From an uncultured delta proteobacterium (GTDB taxonomy: Bacteria; Desulfobacterota; BSN033; UBA1163): DNA of 64,000 nucleotides. Position numbers and translations under genes: made by a program. Location of the stretch: positions 64,001 through 128,000 of the forward strand of contig CAWHBU010000003.1 in assembly GCA_963827685.1 (NCBI GenBank), in the 5' to 3' direction. Below, one piece after another: positions 1-9,996 of this stretch. The notes beneath the pieces are model-generated. The model did no database searches. It was given only the letters and a program-made list of their open reading frames with translations, and was not told the origin of the DNA. Every line of letters starts with the position of its first letter. Position 1 is the stretch's first letter.

Positions 1-1
1 C

Positions 2-1153
2 ATTGGCTCGGGTGAAAATGTGGTCAAGGTCGGTGGAGAAACGGTTTTGTTCCGCCACGAAAAGACCTTCGTCAACAAACCCGGTGTTGCTATTCTGATT
101 AGTGATACCATGCCAGAGGCGGAGGTCAATGCCCGCTTGAAACGATTCAAGGAATTGAAATATGAAAGGGTCGGCCTCACCTTGCGGCCGGAGTTGGTTG
201 CGATCAAGAACGAATCGGGTGATCCCGGAAAATTTGAAGCCTTGATCAAAAAGGTGAAAGGTGAAACCGATGCTGCCCTCATCCTGATAAGCGACAAGGT
301 GGATGCCTTGACCGCAGGGGTGAAGGCTTGCGCGGATCGTGTTCCATTGATCTACGCGGCAACCGATGGCAACAGCGATGCCTTAGCCAGTTTAGCCAAG
401 GAAAACAAATGTCCATTAGCAATCAAAGCCGATAATCTTGATGCATTGATTGCACTTTCAGACAAACTGACCAAAGCGGGGTTAAAAGATCTTGTGATTG
501 ATTCTGGGGCGAGGACGTTGCGCAAAGCCTTTGAGGACCAAATCTATATCCGCCGGGCGGCCCTCAACCAAAAAAACCGTTCCCTCGGATTCCCAACAAT
601 TACCTTCCCTTGTGAAATGACGAAAGATCCGCTGAAGGAGGCCTTGATTGCAGCAACTTTTATATCTAAATATGCAGGCATCATCGTCCTTTCTGATTTC
701 CAGGGTGAAAGCATCTTCCCCCTCCTCGTGGAACGGCTAAATATTTATACCGACCCCCAGCGGCCCATGATGATGCAGCAAGGAATCTACCCCATTGGCA
801 ACCCGACAGACGCTTCTCCAGTTCTCATCACGACCAACTTCTCCCTGACCTATTTTATCGTCTCCGGTGAGATCGAATCGAGTCGAGTGGCGAGCTGGCT
901 TTTGGTGATGGATACCGAAGGGCTATCGGTTCTGACCGCCTGGGCAGCAGGAAAATTTGTGGGCGATGCAATCGGTGCCTTTGTTAAGAAGAGTGGCATC
1001 ACTGATAAAGTCAAGCATCGTCGGGTGGTCATCCCCGGAGCCGTTGCAGCCGTAAGCGGCGATCTCGAAGAAGAACTGGGTAAGGGCTGGGAAGTTAAGA
1101 TCGGACCAAGAGAAGCCGCTCACATACCCGCCTTTTTGAAGATGGGAGCCTAA
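2..1153 (+). CDS. acsC: Corrinoid iron-sulfur protein large subunit (CODH/ACS gamma), 5'-truncated by the window edge
   Basis: Frame open from base 2. Motifs GGETVLFRHEKTF, NIYTDPQRP, TTNFSLTYF, SVLTAWAAGKF, GPREA are typical of AcsC/CdhE. Confidence 0.95.
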   Translation: MGSGENVVKVGGETVLFRHEKTFVNKPGVAILISDTMPEAEVNARLKRFKELKYERVGLTLRPELVAIKNESGDPGKFEALIKKVKGETDAALILISDKVDALTAGVKACADRVPLIYAATDGNSDALASLAKENKCPLAIKADNLDALIALSDKLTKAGLKDLVIDSGARTLRKAFEDQIYIRRAALNQKNRSLGFPTITFPCEMTKDPLKEALIAATFISKYAGIIVLSDFQGESIFPLLVERLNIYTDPQRPMMMQQGIYPIGNPTDASPVLITTNFSLTYFIVSGEIESSRVASWLLVMDTEGLSVLTAWAAGKFVGDAIGAFVKKSGITDKVKHRRVVIPGAVAAVSGDLEEELGKGWEVKIGPREAAHIPAFLKMGA

Positions 1154-1157
1154 TACT

Positions 1158-1262
1158 GATTGCGGAATGTAGATTGCGGAATGCGGAATAAAAGATTTGA
1201 TATCCGCACTCACGGCGATCGGGAATCCTCAATCCACAATCCGAAATCCGCAATCCGCAATT
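1158..1262. repeat. Period-7 tandem-repeat hairpin (TTGCGGA / AATCCGC arms)
   Basis: gattgcggaatgtagattgcggaatgcggaat ... aatcctcaatccacaatccgaaatccgcaatccgcaat, between acsC and acsE. Confidence 0.85.
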
Positions 1263-1280
1263 TAATATAAGGAGGATCGC

Positions 1281-2183
1281 ATGTTACGTATAGGAGAAAA
1301 TCTTAATGTGATGGTCAAGAAGATCGGAACCGCCATGAAGGATAGAGATCCTAAGCCCATTCAGGAGCTGGCCATGGCGGAGGCCAAAGCAGGCGTTGAT
1401 TTCATTGATATCAATCTCGGACCTGCCCGAAAGGGTGGAGGAGAATTGATGGAGTGGATCGTCAAGGTCGTCCAGGAAGTCGTGGATACACCTCTTTACC
1501 TTGATACCATCAATGTAGAAGCCATCGAGGCCGGGCTCAAGGTTTACAAAAACAAGAAGGGAAAGGCTGTCATCAATTCGATCATGGCCCGTCCTGAAAG
1601 CATGGATGTAAAATTTCCTGTCGCAGCAAAACATAATGCAGGAGTCGTTGCCCTTCTCTGGGGCCCCTCGGGGCTTCCCCGGGATGCAGACGAAAGAGGA
1701 GTTCTGGCAGCAGAGTTAATGCAAAAATGTTTAGAATTCGGGATCCCAGGTGAGGATGTTTGGATGGATCCCATCGTCACCCCGGTGACCAGCCCCCAGA
1801 GCCAGGTTCAGGTCCCGAGTTGCATCGAATTTATGAAAATGTTTAAGGACCTTCAGGAAGTGCTCCCCGGGATGAGATCCACCTGCGGTCTTTCCAATGT
1901 ATCCAATGGAGCCCCGGAACACCTGAGACCCATCCTCAATCAAACCTATCTGATGATGCTCGAACGATATGGGATGGCCTCGGCCATTGTCGATGCCTTC
2001 GACGAAGATCTCAAAAAATTTGCGTCCGGAGGGCGAGCGGATCTTAGAAAACTTGTCTATCGTGTCATGGATGGGGAAGAGATCGACCTCAAGAAGCTGG
2101 GTAAAGAGGAAGCCGATTATGTGAAGACCACCAGGGTCTTGATTGCCAAAGCCCTTTACTCCGATTCATGGCTGGAACTGTAA
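1281..2183 (+). CDS. acsE: Methyltetrahydrofolate:corrinoid/Fe-S protein methyltransferase
   Basis: Pterin-binding barrel motifs IGENLN, DINLGP, LDT, INS, DP, GLSNVSNG. RBS aaggagg. Follows acsC. Confidence 0.92.
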   Translation: MLRIGENLNVMVKKIGTAMKDRDPKPIQELAMAEAKAGVDFIDINLGPARKGGGELMEWIVKVVQEVVDTPLYLDTINVEAIEAGLKVYKNKKGKAVINSIMARPESMDVKFPVAAKHNAGVVALLWGPSGLPRDADERGVLAAELMQKCLEFGIPGEDVWMDPIVTPVTSPQSQVQVPSCIEFMKMFKDLQEVLPGMRSTCGLSNVSNGAPEHLRPILNQTYLMMLERYGMASAIVDAFDEDLKKFASGGRADLRKLVYRVMDGEEIDLKKLGKEEADYVKTTRVLIAKALYSDSWLEL

Positions 2184-2206
2184 TAACCAAACGTTGACAT
2201 CCGTCA

Positions 2207-2290
2207 TTTAGGAATTGAGGAATTTGGGGATGGCGGAATCGATTGCCGTCATGACTCCTTAAATTCCAGATTTCCCGAATTCAAAAATTC
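2207..2290. repeat. Period-8 degenerate repeat hairpin
   Basis: atttaggaattgaggaatttgggga ... ccttaaattccagatttcccgaattcaaaaattc. Confidence 0.7.
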
Positions 2291-2310
2291 TGTATTTTTT
2301 CAATGAGGAA

Positions 2311-3234
2311 GTGCCTATGAAATCAGGAAGCCGTCTCGAGAGGGTCCTTGAAGCCGGACATTTTGCTTTCACCGGTGAACTCGGTCCACCCCAGGGAGCC
2401 AATGTGGAGGCCATCAAGAAAAAAGCAAGTCACCTTAAGGGGATCGTCGACGCAGTCAACATCACTGATAACCAGACCGCTGTCGTGCGAATGGCAAGTT
2501 GGGCGGCTGGCTTAATTGCCATCCAGGAAGGTTTGGAACCCAACTATCAAATGGTCTGTCGTGATCGTAACCGCATCGCCATGCAGAGCGATATCCTGGG
2601 AGCCTATGCTCATGGTATCCGGAATATGCTCTGTTTGTCGGGCGACCACCAACAATTTGGGAATCACCCTTTCACCAAAGGGGTCTTCGATATCGACTCC
2701 ATTCAACTGATCAGCATGGTCAAAGGGATGCGAGACAACAAGAAATTTCTGAATGGGGATGACATCGATGAGGCCCCTCAGTTATTCATCGGCGCTGCGG
2801 CCAACCCATTTGCCGAACCTTTTGAATTCCGGGTGCATCGTTTGGCGAAAAAGATTGAGGCGGGTGCCGATTTTATCCAAACCCAATGCATCTATGACAT
2901 GAAACGGTTTCGTGAGTGGATGAAACAGGCCCATGATATGGGACTGACTGAAAAGGTCTCCATTCTTGCGGGAGTCACTCCTCTTAAATCAGGCGGTATG
3001 GCTCGATATATGGCAAAGAATGTCTCCGGCATCATCATCCCCGATGAGATCATTGACCGAATTGTAAATGCCAAAAAAGCCGCGGAAGAAGGGATTAAGA
3101 TTTGTGTTGAGCAAATTGAGGAATTGAAGGAAATCAAAGGGGTTCGTGGAGTTCATCTGATGGCCATTGAATGGGAACATAAGGTTCCCGAAATTGCTGA
3201 AAGGGCGAAATTGATCCCGAGACCCCAGGTATAA
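2311..3234 (+). CDS. metF: Methylenetetrahydrofolate reductase MetF (paralog 1)
   Basis: GELGPP, NITDNQ, CRDRNR, LSGD, GAAANP, FIQTQC, GVHLM motifs. Confidence 0.93.
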   Translation: MPMKSGSRLERVLEAGHFAFTGELGPPQGANVEAIKKKASHLKGIVDAVNITDNQTAVVRMASWAAGLIAIQEGLEPNYQMVCRDRNRIAMQSDILGAYAHGIRNMLCLSGDHQQFGNHPFTKGVFDIDSIQLISMVKGMRDNKKFLNGDDIDEAPQLFIGAAANPFAEPFEFRVHRLAKKIEAGADFIQTQCIYDMKRFREWMKQAHDMGLTEKVSILAGVTPLKSGGMARYMAKNVSGIIIPDEIIDRIVNAKKAAEEGIKICVEQIEELKEIKGVRGVHLMAIEWEHKVPEIAERAKLIPRPQV

Positions 3235-3280
3235 CCGATGACGGGGAGATGGGGTAATAGGAAGATAAAGTGAGAAGGAT

Positions 3281-3952
3281 ATGTTCATGTACGATTTTAT
3301 TGGGAGTCAGTTAGTATCCATTGCGTTGATTGTATTTGTTTTGGGGTTTATCTACCAAGGGGCCCAATTTTTCAAATTGACAAGAAAGAAAGAGTGGATT
3401 TTGCCACCCTTACCTTTGGAAACAAAACCTAAGAAGAAAACGGTGGGACAATTCATCGTTTTCTGTCTCACCTCTCTCAACGGAACCCTGTGGAAGACAG
3501 ATCCCTTCATGACGATTGTGACATCCGTTTTCCACGTCTTTCTGATCGTGGTACCTATTCTTCTACTTGGTCATAATATTCTCTTCGACCAATCCTGGGG
3601 TTTTAGCCTTTGGAGCTTGCCTGAATCGATCACCGATGTCTTAACCGTGGTCGTTTTGGTCTGTGCGGCTTTTTTCCTTGCACGGCGTTTATTCCTCTCG
3701 CGGGTCCGAGCCGTCACGACGGCCTACGACTATCTCATCCTTCTCATCGCCATAGCTCCTTTCCTGACAGGGTATTTCGCCTATCACCAGTGGTTTGATT
3801 ATGATACGGTGATGACACTCCACATTCTGACAGGAGAAGTCATGCTCATCACTATCCCATTTACGAAACTCGGGCACATGCTCTTTTTCTTCCTCTATCG
3901 TTTCCTCATCGGAAGCGAATACAGTTTCGCAAGGGGAGCCAGAGCCTGGTAA
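3281..3952 (+). CDS. NarI/HmcE/TmcC-like membrane cytochrome b subunit
   Basis: About 5 hydrophobic helices with four candidate heme-ligand His residues (VFH...LLGH; TLH...PFTKLGH), the NarI-family pattern. Confidence 0.85.
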   Translation: MFMYDFIGSQLVSIALIVFVLGFIYQGAQFFKLTRKKEWILPPLPLETKPKKKTVGQFIVFCLTSLNGTLWKTDPFMTIVTSVFHVFLIVVPILLLGHNILFDQSWGFSLWSLPESITDVLTVVVLVCAAFFLARRLFLSRVRAVTTAYDYLILLIAIAPFLTGYFAYHQWFDYDTVMTLHILTGEVMLITIPFTKLGHMLFFFLYRFLIGSEYSFARGARAW

Positions 3953-3970
3953 CGGAAAGGATCTTGCGGC

Positions 3971-4384
3971 ATGGAGAACAGTATGTCCCATCAGGAATTG
4001 AAACCAGTTGATACAAAACAGATCAAAGAAATGCTCGATCGGAAAAAGGGCAAAATGAAACGATTTTTGTCCTATTGCGCTCATTGCAGTCTTTGTGCCG
4101 AAAGCTGTTTTTTATATATGGAGCATCATAAGGATACCCAATACATGCCCTCGTATAAGGCGATCAATTCCTTGGGCAAATTATATAGAAAAAGGGGTAA
4201 GGTCGACCGGAAGCTTTTGACGGATATCAAGGGCATCGTGTGGAGAAACTGCGTGCTTTGTGGCCGCTGTTATTGTCCAATCGGTATTCATATTCCCAGT
4301 ATGATTGCTTTCGCCCGAAGCATCCTCAGGTCTCAGGATGTCTATCCTCAGCTGGATGAGGTGTCGTCGGAGAGTTGGTTGTAA
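3971..4384 (+). CDS. 2x[4Fe-4S] protein resembling the N-terminal domain of HmcF/TmcB/DsrK, with no CCG domain
   Basis: CAHCSLCAESC and CVLCGRCYCP motifs, YMPSYK segment; only 137 aa. Confidence 0.82.
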   Translation: MENSMSHQELKPVDTKQIKEMLDRKKGKMKRFLSYCAHCSLCAESCFLYMEHHKDTQYMPSYKAINSLGKLYRKRGKVDRKLLTDIKGIVWRNCVLCGRCYCPIGIHIPSMIAFARSILRSQDVYPQLDEVSSESWL

Positions 4385-4416
4385 TACGGAAAGACGGTCT
4401 CTGAAGGAGAGGGGTT

Positions 4417-4824
4417 ATGAAAGGAATCGGTTGTAGGCTCTCGATGATCACGGTTGCTGCTCTCCTGGTTTTAAGCAACTCTCCTGCCGGAGCGCAACCG
4501 GATAAGATTGTATTAGATCATTCGAACATCTCCGGAGGAAGAACAAGACCTCCGGTGACCCTTCCTCACAATCGCCATGTTGAAGCAGGATTGTCCTGCA
4601 AGGACTGCCACCACATCTATGAAAACGGGAAAAACGTTCTGGATGAGAGTAAACTCGAGGAAGGCAACAAGAACATCCGTTGTTCCGCTTGCCATGCTCC
4701 GAAGTCCCGACTCAATCTGGAACAGGCTTTTCACAACCAGTGCTTAGGTTGTCATACAAAATACCAGAAGGAAAAGAAAAAGACAGGTCCCCGGTATTGC
4801 GGGGAATGTCATATAAAAAAATGA
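4417..4824 (+). CDS. Periplasmic tetraheme cytochrome c3 (class III)
   Basis: Signal peptide ending AGA-Q, PVTLPHxxH motif, four CxxCH (CKDCH, CSACH, CLGCH, CGECH). Confidence 0.92.
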   Translation: MKGIGCRLSMITVAALLVLSNSPAGAQPDKIVLDHSNISGGRTRPPVTLPHNRHVEAGLSCKDCHHIYENGKNVLDESKLEEGNKNIRCSACHAPKSRLNLEQAFHNQCLGCHTKYQKEKKKTGPRYCGECHIKK

Positions 4825-4926
4825 TTATGCAGATTACCAAACAAGATTACACAGATTTTAAAAGAATCGGTGGAATCTCGCTTTTTGAATCGGTGTAATC
4901 AGCGTCAGCGTAGCTGGAGGAAGAAA

Positions 4927-5601
4927 ATGATTGTAGGGGAAAGAAAACCTTTTGACGAGATCAAGGAAATGATGAAGAGCTTCAAGAAGGTTCTGAATGT
5001 GGGTTGTGGAGGGTGTACGTCCATCTGCATGGCCGGCGGCCAAAGGGAAGTGGAACTCTTAAATGAAGAACTCCAAAACGCCCTGAAGCGGGATGGGGCC
5101 TCATTCCAAGCGGATGGGTTCACCATCGAGCGACAGTGCAATGCCGATTTCTATTCGGAGCTGGATGAGATTGTAAAAGGTTATGATGCCTTGTTGTCCA
5201 TGGCTTGTGGAGCCGGGGTCCAATTCCTTGCCGACCGACACCCTCAAAAACCGGTGTTTCCCGCTCTGAATACCGTTTTCGTCGGCGTGGACCGGGATAT
5301 CGGGTGGTTTGAGGAAAATTGCCGGACGTGTCGTGAGTGTGTCTTGGGAGAAACAGGAGGAATATGTCCTGTTACAAGATGTGCCAAGAGTCTCTTCAAC
5401 GGCCCCTGTGGGGGAACTTCTCGAGAAGGTAAATGTGAAGTGAGCAAAGATACTCCTTGTGCCTGGTTTGAGATTCATAAACGCCTGAAGGAGCAAAACA
5501 GACTGGAAAACATTCTGAAGCTGAAACCCGCAAGGGAATGGCGAAATCAAACTCAGGGAACCCTGGTTCAGGAAGCCTATAAGAAAAGATATGCAAAATG
5601 A
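4927..5601 (+). CDS. metV: MTHFR small Zn/Fe-S subunit MetV (paralog 1)
   Basis: GCGGC, ERQC, ACGAG, CRTCREC, GGICPVTRCAKSLFNGPCGG motifs. RBS ggagg before ATG 4927. Confidence 0.92.
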   Translation: MIVGERKPFDEIKEMMKSFKKVLNVGCGGCTSICMAGGQREVELLNEELQNALKRDGASFQADGFTIERQCNADFYSELDEIVKGYDALLSMACGAGVQFLADRHPQKPVFPALNTVFVGVDRDIGWFEENCRTCRECVLGETGGICPVTRCAKSLFNGPCGGTSREGKCEVSKDTPCAWFEIHKRLKEQNRLENILKLKPAREWRNQTQGTLVQEAYKKRYAK

Positions 5602-5674
5602 GAGAGGTTACTGAAAAGGGGAATCCTTTCCCGCTTGAAAGAGTTCCCGTGTTTCAGGAATGCGTGCAATTCTT

Positions 5675-5712
5675 CGTGGAGCTTGACAGATTTTTCCACG
5701 AGGGTTTATAAT
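5675..5712 (+). promoter_or_regulatory. Consensus sigma70 promoter with an inverted repeat bracketing the -35
   Basis: TTGACA (5683-5688), 18 nt, TATAAT (5707-5712). tcgtgga...tccacga flanks the -35. Confidence 0.65.
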
Positions 5713-5905
5713 TTTATAATTTTCGTTTTCCATGCCCTTAAAAATATCCGTTCTCTTGGGCAATCGATTCATAAAATTAGGGTATTCGCGGTAGAAACTG
5801 ATGATACTTCCTCTTAAGAGGATCCTCGGATTCTACCTTATCCGCTCTTTCGCACGGGGCATGGGTTAGAACGGGACGACCACCATGCCTCTCGAGACGA
5901 TTGGA

Positions 5906-6042
5906 TAATGAAGCTCCCCGGCCACAAGCCGGGGCTTCCCGGGGCACGTAGTGGCGAGCGGAAAGCGAACCAAGAAATATCGTTTTGATTGTGCCCCATA
6001 ACCCCGCCTACAAGGCGGGGCTTACAGGGCACTTGCCGGTCA
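5906..6042. mobile_element. Non-autonomous IS200/IS605-like palindromic element
   Basis: Two similar hairpins in direct orientation: ccccggc-cacaa-gccgggg (5916) and ccccgcc-tacaa-ggcgggg (6002). No transposase. Confidence 0.5.
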
Positions 6043-6074
6043 CCTCCCTCAAGGTGGGAGAGAGGAGAAAGCCC

Positions 6075-6947
6075 ATGACATTTAAGGAACGATTGGATTC
6101 GGGAAAATTTGCAGTCGCCGTTGAACTCCAGCCCCCTAAGGGAAACGAACTCTCTGAGCTATACGAATATACGGAACTCCTCAAGGGGCGGGTGGATGCG
6201 ATCAATGTGCCAGACCTTCAGAATGCCATCATGAGGCTTGGATCCCTTTCGGTATGCACCCTGCTGAAGGCAAAGGGAATGGAGGTGATCTACAATCTAT
6301 CCTGCAGCGACCGAAACCGATTGGCACTCCAATCCGAACTCTTGAACGCTTCGGCTTTGGGTCTGAAGAACATTTTACTCGTCCAGGGCGACCCTCCCTC
6401 CATGGGGGATCACTTCGAAGCCAAAGCGGTCTTTGATCTCGATGTCACGGGTTTGCTCGGCGCTGCCAAGCGCCTCCAAGAAGGCTACGACCTCACAGGA
6501 AATGACCTCCAAGGAAAACCACAATTTTGTGTAGGCACCCAAATCAATGCAGCCGCCAAAGGTCATGTCCTCGATCTGGAGGTCATGGACATGGAAAAGA
6601 AGATACGGACGGGGGTCGATTTCTTCTTCACCAATTCGATCTACGATGTAAGCCTTTTTGAGCCCTTCGCCAAAAAAGTGGCACACTTCAAGGTTCCCAT
6701 CATCGCAGGCATCACCCTGCTCAAATCAGTGGGGATGGCCCGCTATGTGAACAAACATGTGGAAGGAGCTTCCATTCCCGATTCAATCATCGACCAATTG
6801 ATGAAGGCTTCAGACAAACAGAAAGCAAGTATTGAGATCGCAGGGGGTCTGATCAAGGCATTGAAACCACTTTGCCAAGGAGTCCAGATCATTCCCATCG
6901 GATGGGAAAAGCAGGTTCCTGCTCTTCTGGATTATGTAGGACTGTAA
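6075..6947 (+). CDS. metF: Divergent MetF-family protein (paralog 2)
   Basis: VELQPPKG, CSDRNRLALQS, QGD, VFDLD motifs; FFTNS replaces IQTQC. RBS gaggag before ATG 6075. Confidence 0.8.
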   Translation: MTFKERLDSGKFAVAVELQPPKGNELSELYEYTELLKGRVDAINVPDLQNAIMRLGSLSVCTLLKAKGMEVIYNLSCSDRNRLALQSELLNASALGLKNILLVQGDPPSMGDHFEAKAVFDLDVTGLLGAAKRLQEGYDLTGNDLQGKPQFCVGTQINAAAKGHVLDLEVMDMEKKIRTGVDFFFTNSIYDVSLFEPFAKKVAHFKVPIIAGITLLKSVGMARYVNKHVEGASIPDSIIDQLMKASDKQKASIEIAGGLIKALKPLCQGVQIIPIGWEKQVPALLDYVGL

Positions 6948-6954
6948 GAAGCAC

Positions 6955-7030
6955 ATTGCAGAATGAAAATTGCACAATTAGCGGCGGAAAACATTTTGCA
7001 CTTTGCACTTTTCATTTTGCATTTTTCATT
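6955..7030. repeat. Period-7 repeat hairpin (TTTTGCA family)
   Basis: attgcagaatgaaaattgcacaat ... attttgcactttgcacttttcattttgcatttttcatt. Confidence 0.8.
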
Positions 7031-7086
7031 GGATCAAGGTGATGCCAGGTTTTCTTGTCAACCCTGGGGAGATATGGTACCTTGGG

Positions 7087-9420
7087 ATGGAAATGGCTGC
7101 CAAAAAACAAACTCCGACAACAAAGAGAAAGAAAACCGCTGAACCACTTATCCTTGTCAAAAAGAAGGAAGTGGGGTCAGAGATGTTTCAATCCATCGCC
7201 GAATTGGGAAATGATGGGATCTTGGTATTTGATGAACGTCATCAGATCGAATTTGCAAATCGGATGGCTTCCGAGATCACGGGGTATTCGAACAAAGAGT
7301 TACTGAAGATGTCGGTCCTTTCCCTTTTAGGCAAACCCCATCCATCCTTTATCGAAGACCTCTTCATCCATCCTGAGCGTTATGGCGAAAAAACGTGTAG
7401 CCAGATTCAGCTGCCCGCCTCTAACGGGGAGATCAAAGAGGCTGAAATTTGTATCGCCTTGGCGAAAACACCCCTTGGAGCCCGGAAGGGTTATGCCTAT
7501 CTCCGAGATATTACAGAGTCGAAAAGAATGGAACGAAGGATCCAAGAGGCCACCCAACAGTTTGAGAAGATTGCGGAGATGGGTGACGATGGGATCCTGG
7601 TCTTCGATCAGGCTTTTAAGATCATTTTTGCCAATCAGATGGCCTCCGAAATGACCGGGATTCCCAAGGAAGATTTGATCGGAAGAAATTTCTTCTCCGT
7701 CATTGGTAAAGAGGACAAACAATTTCTTGAAGGGACGGTCACCCGCGGTGTGGGAATAGGCGAGAAGCTATGCACCGAAATGAATATCCTGACCTCTCAG
7801 GGCCACGTCAAAGATGCAGAGGTTTGTATTGCTTTGGCCGAGTCGGATACGGGAGAGGTCAAGACCTATGCCTATATCCGGGACATCACAGAACGAAAAA
7901 AATTCGAAAGGGATCTCAAGGACTCCGAGGAAAAGCTCAGAAACCTCTTCGAGAGGGTGAGACACGGCCTCTTCATCAGCTCAAAGGAGGGCAAGTTTTT
8001 AGACTGTAACCAAGCCCTTCTCGACATGCTGGAATACCCTACTAAAGAGGAATTTCTCAAAATAGATATCGCCCAGGATCTCTATGTGAACCCGGATGAC
8101 CGGAAAACCTTTCAGGAGAGAATCGAAAGAGAGGGTCATATCAAAGACATGGAGGTGGAATTCAAGAGGAAGAATGGGGATAAGATCACCGTCTTGCAGA
8201 CCTCTCATCCTATTAAGAATGAGAAGGGAGAGGTCGTTGGCTACCAAGGCATTAACTTAGATATCTCCGAGAGGAAACGGATCGAGAATCAACTTCGCGA
8301 GGCCAACGAATTCTTCCTGAACCTGATCGAAAGCTCTGTGGATGGGATCATTGCGGCGGACATGAAAGGCAATATCTTCATCTTTAACAAAGGGGCGGAG
8401 GCGCTAACCGGATACAAGGCAGAGGAGGTGATTGGCAAACTCCACATCACCAAGATCTATCGAGAGGGCGTAGCGAAAGAGATCATGAAAAAACTCCGAA
8501 GTCAGGAATATGGGGGTGTCGGAAAATTTATTCCTACCCAGATGAACGCAGTCAATAAGTTTGGACAAGAAATCCCCATCCAACTCTCTGCCGCCCTCAT
8601 CTACAACGGGAGTGACCAGGAGATCGCCAGTGTGGGTATCTTTACGGATTTAAGACCTCGTCTGAACATGGAGAAGAAGCTCCAAGAGACCCACCTCCAA
8701 TTAGTCAGCTCTGAGAAGATGGCCTCTCTCGGAAAACTGGCAGCAGGAATTGCCCACGAGATCAACAATCCTTTGGGCGGAATTCTTATTTACTCCAGTC
8801 TGATGATGGAGGACCTTCCCGAGGAGGATCCGCGTCGGGGAGATTTGGTTCGAATCGTTCAGGAGGCAGGCCGGTGTAAGGAGATTGTCAAGAGCCTTCT
8901 TGAATTCGCCCGCCAGACCGAACCGAAGATGGAGCCCACCGATGTCAATCGAGCCATCAGTGACGGCCTCTTCTTCTTGGTCAATCAGGCTTTATTTCAC
9001 AATATCCATATCGTGAAGAAACTCGATTCCTTCCTCCCCTTCGTCCGGGGAAATGCCGGCCAACTGAAACAGGTTTTCATGAATATCATTGTGAATGCCG
9101 CGGAAGCGATGCACGGCAATGGGACACTGACTATTACCACCTTCCGTGCCCCGGACCGGAAGACGGTCTTTGTGGAATTTGTAGATACCGGTGAGGGCAT
9201 CCCCGCAGAGAACCTCACCCGAATCTTTGATCCCTTCTTCACCACCAAGGAGGTGGGAAAGGGAACCGGATTGGGCCTCGCCACTTCTTATGGAATTATT
9301 GAGGATCACGGAGGGAAGATCAACGTAAAGAGTAAGGTGGGAGAAGGGACAACCTTTACGATCGAACTTCCCATTCACCAAGGGACCCAGGCTATCCTGG
9401 AGGAACAGCCAATTAATTAG
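7087..9420 (+). CDS. Cytoplasmic multi-PAS (4 PAS) sensor histidine kinase, NtrB-like
   Basis: Four PAS/PAC units, H-box [12 protein letters not shown]1/F/G2 boxes ([19 protein letters not shown]). No TM helices. Start codon uncertain (7087 or 7093). Confidence 0.92.
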   Translation: MEMAAKKQTPTTKRKKTAEPLILVKKKEVGSEMFQSIAELGNDGILVFDERHQIEFANRMASEITGYSNKELLKMSVLSLLGKPHPSFIEDLFIHPERYGEKTCSQIQLPASNGEIKEAEICIALAKTPLGARKGYAYLRDITESKRMERRIQEATQQFEKIAEMGDDGILVFDQAFKIIFANQMASEMTGIPKEDLIGRNFFSVIGKEDKQFLEGTVTRGVGIGEKLCTEMNILTSQGHVKDAEVCIALAESDTGEVKTYAYIRDITERKKFERDLKDSEEKLRNLFERVRHGLFISSKEGKFLDCNQALLDMLEYPTKEEFLKIDIAQDLYVNPDDRKTFQERIEREGHIKDMEVEFKRKNGDKITVLQTSHPIKNEKGEVVGYQGINLDISERKRIENQLREANEFFLNLIESSVDGIIAADMKGNIFIFNKGAEALTGYKAEEVIGKLHITKIYREGVAKEIMKKLRSQEYGGVGKFIPTQMNAVNKFGQEIPIQLSAALIYNGSDQEIASVGIFTDLRPRLNMEKKLQETHLQLVSSEKMASLGKLAAGIAHEINNPLGGILIYSSLMMEDLPEEDPRRGDLVRIVQEAGRCKEIVKSLLEFARQTEPKMEPTDVNRAISDGLFFLVNQALFHNIHIVKKLDSFLPFVRGNAGQLKQVFMNIIVNAAEAMHGNGTLTITTFRAPDRKTVFVEFVDTGEGIPAENLTRIFDPFFTTKEVGKGTGLGLATSYGIIEDHGGKINVKSKVGEGTTFTIELPIHQGTQAILEEQPIN

Positions 9421-9432
9421 ACGAGGTAAAAA

Positions 9433-9996
9433 ATGAATCCAGTCCAACAAACAAATCAAAAGGGGAATTCATTCCTGTTGGAAGTCGCTCAGGCCAGTGG
9501 TGAAACCATACAGGCTTGCTATCAATGTCAGAAGTGTTCAGCGGGATGCCCGGTGGCTTATGCTATGGATATCCTTCCCAATCAGATGCTTCGTCATATC
9601 CAGTACGGCCATCGAGAAAAGGTTCTCACTTCAAAAACGATTTGGATCTGCGCCTCTTGCTATACCTGCAGTGTTCGGTGTCCAAACAATATCGATATCG
9701 CCAAGATCATGGATACCTTGAGGAGCCTGGCCATTCACTCTGAGATCAAACCAGGGGAAAAGGACATCCCCCTGTTTCATTCTGTTTTCTTGGACACCAT
9801 CAAATCGAAAGGCCGGATCCACGAACTCAGCCTCATTATTCAGTTTAAGTCTAAGACCAAGGATTTTTTCAAAGACGCTGGACTGGGCTTGAAGATGTAT
9901 CGCAAAGGGAAGATCAAACTCTTCCCATCCAAGTTTGGAGGGGGAAAAGAGATCAAAGAGATCTTCAACGCTTATGAGAAAGGGGAGAGAAGGTGA
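9433..9996 (+). CDS. hdrC: Heterodisulfide reductase subunit C
   Basis: CYQCQKCSAGCP and WICASCYTCSVRCP. Confidence 0.93.
   Translation: MNPVQQTNQKGNSFLLEVAQASGETIQACYQCQKCSAGCPVAYAMDILPNQMLRHIQYGHREKVLTSKTIWICASCYTCSVRCPNNIDIAKIMDTLRSLAIHSEIKPGEKDIPLFHSVFLDTIKSKGRIHELSLIIQFKSKTKDFFKDAGLGLKMYRKGKIKLFPSKFGGGKEIKEIFNAYEKGERR

Noticed and set aside
5830-6060. tRNA or folate/SAM/cobalamin riboswitch in the metF2 leader
   Set aside because: No cloverleaf, T-loop or riboswitch consensus I can recognise; an Rfam scan would be needed.
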